Shown here one piece after another: positions 1 through 10,189 of a stretch of 33,612 nt of DNA. The notes beneath the pieces were generated by a model. That model searched no databases. It saw nothing but the letters and a program-made list of their open reading frames with translations, and was not told where the DNA came from. The first letter of the stretch is position 1. Every line of letters starts with the position of its first letter. Origin of the DNA: Atractiella rhizophila (Eukaryota); assembly GCA_021432655.1 (NCBI GenBank), contig MU271667.1, positions 1-33,612 of the forward strand. The letters are read 5' to 3'. A program made the position numbers and the translations under genes.

Positions 1-240
1 TTCACCGCGGTGGGAGGAGGACCGGATGGAGAAGGTGGAAGGGTCTTTGGAAACGCTATGCAGAGTGGGAAGAAGGGGTTGAGCTTGGCGGAAAGGGGAA
101 GGGAGAGGTTGGAGGGTTTGTTCCCCAGAGATGTTACGGTTCCTATGGAGTATCTGGGACGAGGAAGGGAGGCTGAGTTGGAGAGTGTTTGGGATGAGGA
201 GTGGAAAATGCCTGCACATCCTGCAGAAGAAACTAAATAG
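1..240 (+). CDS. 3' end of an unidentified protein-coding gene (truncated by the window edge)
   Basis: Frame 1 is open from base 1 to TAG at 238-240 (...PMEYLGRGREAELESVWDEEWKMPAHPAEETK*). The sequence is purine-rich and coding-like, followed by AT-richer UTR-like DNA. Family not recognised. Confidence 0.5.
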   Translation, partial: FTAVGGGPDGEGGRVFGNAMQSGKKGLSLAERGRERLEGLFPRDVTVPMEYLGRGREAELESVWDEEWKMPAHPAEETK

Positions 241-639
241 GCTGACGAAGTTCGGTGCGCTCTTTCAGTTTAGAGATGTGCATGGAGAAGCTCAAAAGTA
301 CCATTTATTTATTTGTCGAGTGAAGTTAGGTAATAGCATGAAAGGCTCATTTCTATGCACTTTGCATCACGCAATGCACATTAAATACCACAAGACTTGC
401 GGCAAGGCAGAAATGAAGACGCTGCCGCGCCTTGATACGTGTCAGTTGCTGTATTATTTTTTAGAGTCGTACAATAGAGGCATTCATTCGCCCTAATGCC
501 TCAAAGTTGAGTTTGAGAGCCAGCGCAGGAGTAACAAGTTGGCTGCGCGAGTGTTCGACTATGCCTTTATTAGCTCTGAGTGAAGATTGATCTTGATTGC
601 AATATTTGATACAATATCTGAAGAGTTTAGCGAGAGGAG

Positions 640-3110
640 AGCCATGGGATTCTGTTGAGTTGTGAGGTTGATACTACACTGTACTACGGTACTCTGAAAG
701 CAGAAAAGAGAGGAGAGGATAAAAGGCGTGTGTATACGGTACAGACATATTTCAGGCACAGATTATTCAAAGCACAATCGTCGCCAGAGTGTATGCGAGA
801 CAACATAAGCAGAATAGGAGGAGATACAGTCTGATGTATTTTCGTTTTGAAACCATAGAAGGGTTGAATATTTGACAGATATCTTCAAGGAAGAGACCCC
901 GTTATGGGATTATATTGAACACAGATCAAAGATAAAATTGGTGGAGATGAAAGAGGCAACATGTCCTCGGTCTGGGGATCAGCAAGTCAAGCAGTATTTG
1001 AACCAAGACGAGCACTTATCACAGACGAGAACACGTTGAACTCGTCGTAGATAATCAAACACACGAAACCTAACACGTGACTGCCCATCCTCATCAACAG
1101 TTATTCAAGTGCATGTTGCAAGGCAGGGTCAAGGGTCTACTTTCGCGAGAATGAACGAGGAATTCAATGTCGATCCGCAGCTGTTCATCCATCTTTGTGA
1201 GCCTATCTACATCGTAGAGATAGAGGATCCTTACGTTTTGCCTCAATCCAAGCCTTACAGAACCAGAATACCTCGGGGAACTCCCTCTGGACTTCCTTGC
1301 ATTTGCTGAGGTGTTTGATCATGGTATCTGGTCGATTGAAGGTATCCTTTGTGTATGTTTTTCTGTTTTCTTCCTCCATGATATCGTGCACGCAATTCGC
1401 TTGATAAAACCATACGGAATTTCGATGTTTACAGCAATCCGTGCCGAAGACAAACCCCTTGATCCAGTCGGTAAAGGTCGTCGCGGAGTCAGGGCGGCAA
1501 ATACTCCGTCGGCCATTCTTTCGAATAATGACTTCTCGATATTTAGAGGGATCGAAATTGAAATAGACAAAGTCCTCGTCAGAAGACAGGCCGTCGTCGA
1601 GTTTCAGGAGACTCCCAAAGTTATAACCATCCCGACACCTCTTCAATAATCCGATTCGATAAGCGGAAGGCAGAGGGCTGAGATGGATCTCGCCGGGGCG
1701 ACGCCTGCTTAGTCTGATAGCCTTCCCGGTATTTCTCCATCTATCGTTCAAGGGGCAAGGAGCAAAGTATGAACCAAGCTCGTGACCAGAGATGTTACTA
1801 GAAAGCAGAGATGCCGTCGGCGAAGAGGACGGAGAGGCACTTGCATCCGTGTCCGAGTCGGGGGGCCTCAGGTAGTCGAGCATGGTCGCTAAGTTGCCGT
1901 CACAAGATGGAGAGGACGGAAGTTCGCCACCTAAGAGACGGTTTGAAGGATTCTGGAAGATAACTTCCAATATTGCCTCCTTTGACACAGGATCTGTTGT
2001 GCAACGTCAGCTGGAACATATGCCTAGGTGGAAGTCTTACCAAGGGACTTGCCGAGAGATCCAAGAAGCTCGTTCCAGTCACCTTCTGACATAGTTGCCA
2101 GATGTCCCTCATTATTCAAGGTTCCAGCAGTGGTCGAGCATGCCGTGAACACCTCAGCTTCATCTACCCATTGCTGAATGGAATCGACAACGATGTTCGT
2201 CGCATGATAGTCGCCTGACTTGAACATGGTCTGAGCAACCAACTTTTATCCCCTCAACTTTGCGAGAAGTTCAGAGAAGTGTCGCTGTGACCAAAATGGC
2301 CTGCATCCTCTCTACTTTGCCTTAAAGCTCATTCCACGTCCGTCATGACTTGACACTTTGAATTCTGGCGAGATGCAGAACAACTGATATGGTTTCTGCG
2401 TGATTGGATCTCATAGCGCGTCCCGGCGATTTTGTGAAGGTCAACTTGATCGGATCTCTCTTTTGGCGTTGAAAGTTGGAAGGAGTACCGCACTCCTGGT
2501 TTGCTCTGAACAGCTTCGAAGAGGACAAAGAGGATTCCCTTCCTCAGGTTGGTCTGTGCATGTCAACAGGACACAGGCACCCTTTTGGGGCAGTTGCTCA
2601 ATGGCCAAATTCCTTTCAGAATTTTTCGACATTGCGGGAAGCCTTCTTCAAAAGGCTCTCATGGGAGGGGACGTGTAAGGTTAGATTTAAGGTAGAAACC
2701 GAACAAAGAAACTGCCAAATATTTGACGAAAGATATTCAGTAATAAATGTCCGTGTAACTGACTTGCTGCCTATTCGTGCGCGATTGTTGACCTTGCTGC
2801 ATCTTCCGCAGCGTTCCACGGATGCAAGATAAAGGGAGATGGAGCAGTCAAACAAAGGTTATCTTTAAAAACCTCTCCGTTCAACGTTCTTGCTTCTCCA
2901 CATCTTGGAATTCGGGCAGATTTGTGCGCCGTTGAATACCTAGCCTATTTACTAGTCTGTCATATAACTCTGCATTGATGGAGGCTCTGCACGACTTGTC
3001 GCGAAGCTGCACCTGGTAGCATGAAAGGATATTTCCTCATTGCACACATGGATGACAACTCTCAGATCCAGGTCCAACATCCCTCCACCATCAGTTTTCC
3101 CACTTCAGTA
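640..3110. repeat. Tandem segmental duplication, copy 1 (period ~3.0 kb)
   Basis: Collinear blocks are shared with 3640-6150, e.g. TACTACGGTAC, GATCAGCAAGTCAAGCAGTA, TCATCAACAGTTATTCAAGTGCATGTTG, GACCTTGCTGCATCTT, GACTTGTCGCGAAGCT and CCTCATT[G/C]CACACATG. Ends are approximate. Confidence 0.9.
1164..2227 (-). CDS. Orphan protein, paralog A (~320 aa), Ser/Pro-rich middle and C-terminal Cys/His zinc-finger-like motif
   Basis: Exons 2227-2041, 1993-1235, 1180-1164. Introns GTAAGA..CTGAC..CAG (47 nt) and GTAAGG..CTCAC..CAG (54 nt) join in frame. Exon structure matches paralog B. Motif GTDCCKH...FNRPDTMIKHLSKC. Confidence 0.75.
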
Positions 3111-3639
3111 CTCGAAGGAAGCCACTGGCCACAAGAGGTGGACGAAGCGTTTCCAGTACGTTTTGTTCAATTCTGTCACCGCAGACCAGCGTCCATGATT
3201 ACCAGTTTGATACCCTTTTGCGTCTGTTCTAACTCCTGTCCCCAATGGTTTGATTCCGTTCTGCTCATGAATTGAGACAGTGGGGGACAAACGAGGATGC
3301 GGAGGCATGGTCATTCCGATGTCGCGGTGGAGGGAGGCGGCTAGGTAGTAGGAATGGTATCTTCGTGATTGCTATCTTGTTAGATAAAGGAAGGTTTGGG
3401 TGAGGGAGAAATGAGATGAGATGCGGCATCTTCATGACAGCTGGATGGATTACTGTGAATTATTCGTTAAAATCAAACAAATAGAGGGTTTTGCTTACCC
3501 TTACGCTTCAACGTTGAAGTTGCCAGTGAGAGCACAAGAACCTGCAACTGTTCGAATACTCCTTTAGGTGCTTCAAGCTCAGAAAGATCTTTACTCCAGT
3601 AGTATTTTCCGTACAGCATTTCGAGGTTCAAGTTGTCTA

Positions 3640-6150
3640 GCCATCGATGTCTACAGAGTCGTGACGATGTTATGTGACATTTGGATCGATATATTTTACT
3701 ACGGTACCAGAAAACAACAAGTCGAGGAGGAAAAAGGCATGGTGCAGAAAGCAAGGATATAACTTCATGTCATTCAATCACAATCATCATTAGAGCGGAT
3801 GCCGGACATCAAAGCGGAATACGAGCAGATACAGTTCGACGTATATTTTTCGAACCGGTATGAAAAGAATTGAATAGATTTGGATAAGGTTCAGAAGGAG
3901 AGTTAATAACTTCGACAGATAACGTCAAGGAAGAAGACCCGTTTGGGATCATAATTGAACATAGATCAAAGATATTCGGTAGGGATGAAGGAGGCAACAT
4001 GTTCTCGATCTGAGAGGATCAGCAAGTCAAGCAGTACTTGGATAAAGACAAACGCTTATCAGAGGCAAGAACATGTTGGGCTCATAGTAGATAATCAAAC
4101 GCACGAAACCTAAAACGTGACTGCCCGTCCTCATCAACAGTTATTCAAGTGCATGTTGGGAGGCAGGGGTCAAGAGTCAACTTTCGCATGAATGAACTAG
4201 GAAGTCAATGTTGATCGGCAGCTGATCCTCCATTTTTAGGAACCTGACAATCATCACCAAGGAAGAGGATGCTTACATTTTGCCTCAATCCAAGCCTTAC
4301 AGAACCAGTACACCTCGGGAAACTCCCTCCTGACTTCCGCACAGGTGCTCAGGTGTGCGATGATGACATCTGGCCGATTGAAGGAGTCCTTTTTGCATCT
4401 TTCTCTATTCTCTTCCTCCATGATATCTCGCACGTAGTCCTCTCGATAAAACCAAACAGAATTTCGATGTCTACAGCAGTCTGTGCCAAAGACAAAGCCC
4501 TTGATCCAGTTAGTAAAGGCCTTCGCGGAGTCAGGGCGGCAAGTACTCTCTTGACCGTTCTTTCGAATAATGACTTGCCTGTATTTAGAGGGATCAAAAT
4601 CGAAATAGTCAGTGTCTTTGTGAGAGAGTCCGTCGTCGAATTTCAAGAGATTTCCAAAGTTGCATCCATTACGAAATGCCGTCTTCAGCAGCCCAATTCG
4701 ATAAGCATCAGGCAGAACGCGGAGGTAGATCTCGCCAGGACGTAATTTGCTTAGTTTGATAGCCTGATCAGTATTCCTCCATCTATCGTTCGAGACGGTA
4801 GGAAGTGGTAAACCGTTCTCGTGTTCAGAATTGTTGCCAGAAAGCAAAGATAACTTCGAACAGGAATCTGGTGAGCCTACGTCCGAGACTTCAGGGGACG
4901 GCAAGGTGTCGGATATGATCGGCCTGTCGCTGAGAGGAGATGGAGAATTAGACGTTTCGAGATTTAGTGGTCTCAAGGGATTCCGCAGCACAATTTCCCA
5001 CGCTGTCTCTATTGAGGCACGATCTGCTTGTAACATCAGGAATAAATGAGGCTACGAGAAAATACGTGCCCAGGGATCTAAAGAGCGCGCCAATGAGTTC
5101 GTTCAAGTCACTATCTGACATAGGTACCGAAGGTTCAATATTAACCGATGGAGGACTGGTCGAGATCATCGACAATACCTCAGTCGTTTGATACGCCCAT
5201 TGCTGGACGGAGCTATCCTCGTTGTCGAAGACATCGTAAGCATCTGATTGGAACATTTTAACGCTGCAAGAGTGGGAGAAATGTCACTAACAGTTCACCA
5301 CATCCTCTCTGCTTTAAAGACCATTCCGCGTCCGTCGTGACTGGACGTGTTGAATTCTAGCGAGACGCAGAACGACCCATGCGACATATAGATTGACTTT
5401 CGCATAACAGATCTCACAGTGCGTCGCGGCGATTTTTGTCAAGGTCAAGACTGATCGGGACCCCTGCGTTGGCGTTGAAAGTTCGAGGGACAGTCCCGCA
5501 CACCTGGCTCCGCTTTGAACAGCATCAAAGAGGGTTCCCTTCCCTGCGTTGGTCAAAGCGGCGTCATGTCGACAGGACGCGGGAACCTTTTCTTTCTGGA
5601 GCTAGCTCGAGGTGAGTTATTCAGTTTGGCAAGCATTTGGTGAAGGTATATTCTCGAAAACCTGTGCGTCATGGCAGGCCCGTGGGTTTACATTTAGCAA
5701 GAGGCGGACAAAAAGCGCTGCCAAATACTTGATGTCAAAGTTATTCCAGTGATAAATGTCTATCGAAGCTGATTTGCGGTCTGCTCATGTGTACATTGCT
5801 GACCTTGCTGCATCTTTCCAGAACGTTCCGGGAATGCAAGATGAAGAGAGATAGAGCAGCCAACAGTTACCTTCAACTCCGCTCTGTTCAACTTTATTGT
5901 GTCTCAATACCCAACGTTTCGGACAAATTTGTGCGTCGCTGAATACCTGCGTCGTCCACTCGTTACGCTCGTATACCTTTGCGTCGATGAAGGCATTGCA
6001 TGACTTGTCGCGAAGCTAGGCATGCTCGCATAAAAGGATTCGAGCAGAGGGAGCATTAATTCCAACTGCCTCATTCCACACATGTCTAACTTCAAGTTGT
6101 GTCAGTATATCGAAGGAGACACCTCCACGGAGTTCATTTCTAGGTACTCT
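3640..6150. repeat. Tandem segmental duplication, copy 2
   Basis: Collinear with 640-3110, covering the gene plus upstream and downstream flanks. Ends are approximate. Confidence 0.9.
4205..5256 (-). CDS. Orphan protein, paralog B (~316 aa), same family as paralog A
   Basis: Exons 5256-5070, 5023-4277, 4221-4205. Exon 1 is 187 nt, as in paralog A. Intron 1 has a GC donor (GCACGT); intron 2 is GTAAGC..CAG (55 nt). Shared motifs NDRWRNT, AYRIGLLK, WIKGFVFGTDCC.HRNSVWFY, FNRPD...HL..C, REFPEV.WFCKAWIEAK. Confidence 0.75.
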
Positions 6151-6574
6151 CAAGATGAGTGGTATCAGTGGGGAGACAACCCTGCTAGTACGCACATCCT
6201 GTTTGTCTGAATCGCGGTTGACAATTCTACCATAGGTGGTTATGTCGCGCAGGCATACCCAACTTCTTCGTCCTCTTATTCGACGGCTTCAAACCGTGCT
6301 CTCGCTCCTCCTACAGGCACATTGGAGGAGAGACTTCGAGCAAAAATCAGGTGCTTTGGTTCTGAAGAAGGTCAAATCACTCTTGGTTCGCAAGTTACGG
6401 AGCATTACTATTGCCTGCGGTTCGGGCCCTTCTCGTCTAAGGATCTAGCAAGGTATCCTGCTTTGCAAAGTTCGTTCTACGCCCCAATACATGGAACAGC
6501 ACTGATGTGATTCTGTAGGCGTATTTCCTCACGGATACCCCTGCCTCAACCGTCACGAGCGTTACGAACCCGGC

Positions 6575-7058
6575 ATGACCATTCTCGCGACATTACCAAT
6601 CTTTTTAGACAATCAGGAAGTAGACGCTGCAAGTGACTACCAGACCTTTGTGAAGGGGATTGCATACACCTTAGGCAATAAATCACCACTACAATGGTTC
6701 TGCCCAACCTTTGCACAACCCTTACACGCAGAGGACGCCCCTCCAGTTCTCAAAGCAAGAAAATCGGGCGACCGTGGGAGGGACATATACAAAGAACCTT
6801 TCATTCGACCAACAGACATTGTGGATGATCTTCTTTCACCACGGAACGCGAAGTTGATAGAGGGAATTTATGGCCTGAAGCAGGTGTGTGAATCAGTGCA
6901 ATGCCTGTAAGAGAGACACTCCCATTGAGTTATTCACTGAACTTAGTGCAGAATCAAAGCCAAAACAAACTTTAACCACATCATGAAGAGTGAGTCCATC
7001 TTTTGACGCCTTAGGCATGTTCTCACTCGTTGAACCGTCAGCGGGACCAGCAGTGTGA
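6575..7058 (+). CDS. Possible small orphan spliced gene or gene relic
   Basis: 111-codon ORF flanked by intron-like segments 6453-6518 (GTATCC..CTGAT..TAG), 6884-6946 (GTGTGT..CTGAAC..TAG) and 6990-7041 (GTGAGT..CTCAC..CAG). No recognisable domain. Confidence 0.3.
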
Positions 7059-7500
7059 CCTTTGGACCTCTAGTGTTCTTGGTGCTCTGTTGTGTGACGG
7101 TTACCTCGCTCTTTGATAGAGCTAGGCTTCTGGCATACATTATCACTTTGAACACTTGTTCAGGGATTTTCTGTTGGACGGTTCGAGGTTGGGACCGCGG
7201 TTGTGGCCAATAGTGCTGGTGTAATTATTGGCCGCAGTCGCGGTCTTCTTTGTCGAATCGTTTGCCTCAGTATTTGCCTTCACTTCCAGATTATTTTCTC
7301 CGATTCTCCATCTCAGTCAGTTAGAATGTTACAACGACTTTATGGTATTTGTACTTGCGCTTCTACGACGTAGTCTTATACACATGGTCTTCTCTCGATC
7401 TCCTCTCAATCTAAACAACAATTTTGTGTTAATCTGATAAAGAATACTGAAGTGAATGTTGAAGATGTTAACCAATAATGTTCAAATCACTCGGCATTGC

Positions 7501-10086
7501 TCAGATGTTCGGTGTCAACCTGTCGCGTTCATCAGCACAGTTTTTGAAGTGCAACCAAGGGCAACGTACAAATCATCCCTGACCAAGCCATCCACCTCAC
7601 TGGTAGCCATCGACGCGAGTCCCCTCGCCTCAAGCCAAATCCAGAGCTATATTCCCAAATCAGTCATCAGTCTCTGGCACATCGGCAAGGGCACGGAAAT
7701 GCTTACCTTCAACATAGCAAACAGGCTGCCCGTTTCTGCTCCCCTCCTAATGGCCTCCTTGTTCCCCATCTGCCTACCGAGCTGCCTCAAGATCGGGAGA
7801 GCGCTTTTGAAGAGGTCCATATTAGGATCGAGCTGTCTCCCTATGCCTTCCAACAACAATATGGAGAGCACGGTATTCACAAAGTCTGCCTCCAGTTTGA
7901 CATGGTGAGTGCGCACATTCCTGAGGACGTCTGTCAAGAGATCACCGAGTCTGAACTGCGCAAGGGAGAAGGTTTTGCTCTTGATGGAGAGGACGAGTCG
8001 CTGCATCTTCAGCGCGAACGTCTCGTCGTCCAACACCAGGTCCGGGGTCCGGCATCGTTCGACCATCAACTTCCCCACTTCATACCCATCGAAAGACGCC
8101 ACTGCCGCGAAGAGGTCGATGAAGTTCTTCCTGTTCGTGTCGTTCAATTCAGTCACCAGGCCTGCGTCTATGAAGACCAGTTCGGGTTGGTAGCCTTTTG
8201 CATCTAGCGACTCTAACTCTTGTTCCCAACGGTTTGGATCTGATCTAGCTAACGATTTGAGATGGTGGACGATGGAGGAGGATGCAGGGGTGTCGTCTTC
8301 TGTTGTCGTGTTGGATGGTGGAGGAGGTGAGAGGAAGGGTATCTTTGATCTGAGACTATGGAGGAGGGAGCGGAAGAGAGAGGGGGGACGGGGGAGGTAG
8401 AATTTGACCATTATGTTCCCAGGGTGGAGATCTGCATGTGCAAAGTTATCGATGAGGAGCATATTCTGTCCTCACATCACATCAATCATTATCATCTGGA
8501 GTTCCACATTTTGAGAGGAGGGACAATGAAGGGAACCCACCAAGAAAGCATCCAATCCCAGATTCGCAATCCTCTCATCGAACGGTCCACCACCAAGCTC
8601 CAAAAACCTCTCAAGGGGCACGGCCTCCTCATACTCCTCCACCAACACATCCTGATTCCCATAAACGGGCAAAGGTCTCGGAAACGCGACTCCATACCGT
8701 CCATTAAAATTCTTCTCGAACCTCTCCAAGTTCCCAGCTTCACATCTCAAATCCAACTGAGACTGCATCAGCTCTCCGAAGACCTCCACCTCCTCTGGGA
8801 GGGAGAGCCATTGGAGGGAAGGGAGGAGGTTGAGCGTCGAGGCGAAGAGGGACATGATTTTGAGATCGCGGGAGATGGTTGAGCGGACGCGGGGATGGAT
8901 GATCTTGATAGCTACGGTTGAGGTTGGTATGGTGCTTGGATTCAAAGAGGTTGGGGTGAAGACGTGTGCGGGAGTCAAGGGGGAGACATCGTGTCTTGTT
9001 TTGAGATAAGACGACGGGAGGAGGTCCGGGTTCAAGGTTGCTTTGTACACCTGTTCCATTCGCGTACGCATGATTTGAGAATTCGCGCGATTAAAGGAGA
9101 GAAAGATGAGAGGATAGGAGAAGAGGCACAAACCTGAGCCACCGCCCCAATCCCCACGGCTTCTTCTCCGAACTCTCCAAATATTTCCTTGAAGTCCCTC
9201 CCGAACGCCTCTTCGAGTCTCTTTCGAGTGTAATGTAAACTATGCGCAGTTCCTTGAGAATGCAGACGACCGAAGAGGGAGCAGAGTGTTGGAGGGAAGA
9301 GGTCGGTTCGAGAACCGGCCCACTGAGCTAGCTGTTTAGATATAACCTTGTCAGCATATATAGTTCTATGTTGAAAGCAGTGGCTTTAAGAGAGCTATGG
9401 GAAAGCGAGAAGAGACGCACCTTTATGAATGTAGGTCCTGCCCTTTCCATTGAATTCACCAACAAACCATACCACCACTTGGTCGTGCCGAGCTCTCCAT
9501 TACCGTCGTGCTCTCCATTTGCCCCATTTTCCTTATCCCCTTTCTTCCTCCGAACCAGTCTGCGCTGTTCTTTCTTGGAAAACCACTCCAGGATGAGTAG
9601 AGGAGAGGAGAGGAGGACGGGGAGAAAGATGATGGTTAGATGGACGAAACGGAGACAAGTGAGTGTCGGCTCGAGGAGATAGATGTCTATCAGACGGAAC
9701 ATTGACTTTCGTTCCGTCCGAGGAGGAGATCGAGACTGAGACTGAGGCTGAAAAGTTGGAGGGGGCATGCTCGGTGTGTCTAGTCGCAAGGATCTTGAAT
9801 CTGCGGTTAAGGTCGCATTCGAATGATATGGAGCTCGATAGAATAACTGGTAGATGAGCACCGTCCCTCCGCCCGTTCCCAGTCCCAACAGCCACAAGAA
9901 GCTTCTGCCCCGACTTGGCAATGGAGCTCCCGCATCACCATTGCTGGCACTTGAAAACGCCCTCCGCCGAGTCTTGAAATTGAACAATATCTGAGCCTCA
10001 GAGACTCTGGGACAGACGCGCAAGGCGTAAGCTGACGAGAACCGAGGATGGCGGAGGGGGAGCAGTCGAAGGCGCGTCGTCGTCAT
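7501..10086 (-). CDS. CQD1: ABC1/UbiB atypical kinase, Cqd1(Ypl109c)/ADCK2-like, probably mitochondrial
   Basis: Exons 10086-9421, 9331-9134, 9050-8541, 8465-7707, 7646-7570, 7519-7501, all GT-AG and in frame. Motifs GPTFIKLAQW, GLGAVAQVYKA, VAIKIIHP, QLDLRCEAGNL, HADLHPGN, IDAGL. Arg-rich N-terminal presequence. Confidence 0.88.
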
Positions 10087-10189
10087 AGTTGACGATTTCA
10101 CGCGTTTCCGACTTTCTCTCATTATCTCACTGCGACATCGCACGACGTCTCGCGTTCCCTGACTCACAATCAACTGAGGAGGAAACAAG
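10087..10189. promoter_or_regulatory. Very compact bidirectional promoter/5'UTR region between CQD1 and KAE1
   Basis: Only 103 bp lie between the divergent ATGs (10086 on -, 10190 on +). Contains ACGCGT at 10100-10105. Confidence 0.55.

Noticed and set aside
1311..4745. Paired + strand ORFs 1311-1649 and 4269-4745 as a second duplicated gene
   Set aside because: They are antisense shadows of the - strand paralogs; their similarity follows from the DNA duplication.
640..6150. The 3-kb direct repeats as LTRs of a retrotransposon
   Set aside because: Each repeat contains an intron-bearing gene, only ~0.5 kb separates them, and I see no gag/pol motifs, clear TG...CA termini or target-site duplication.
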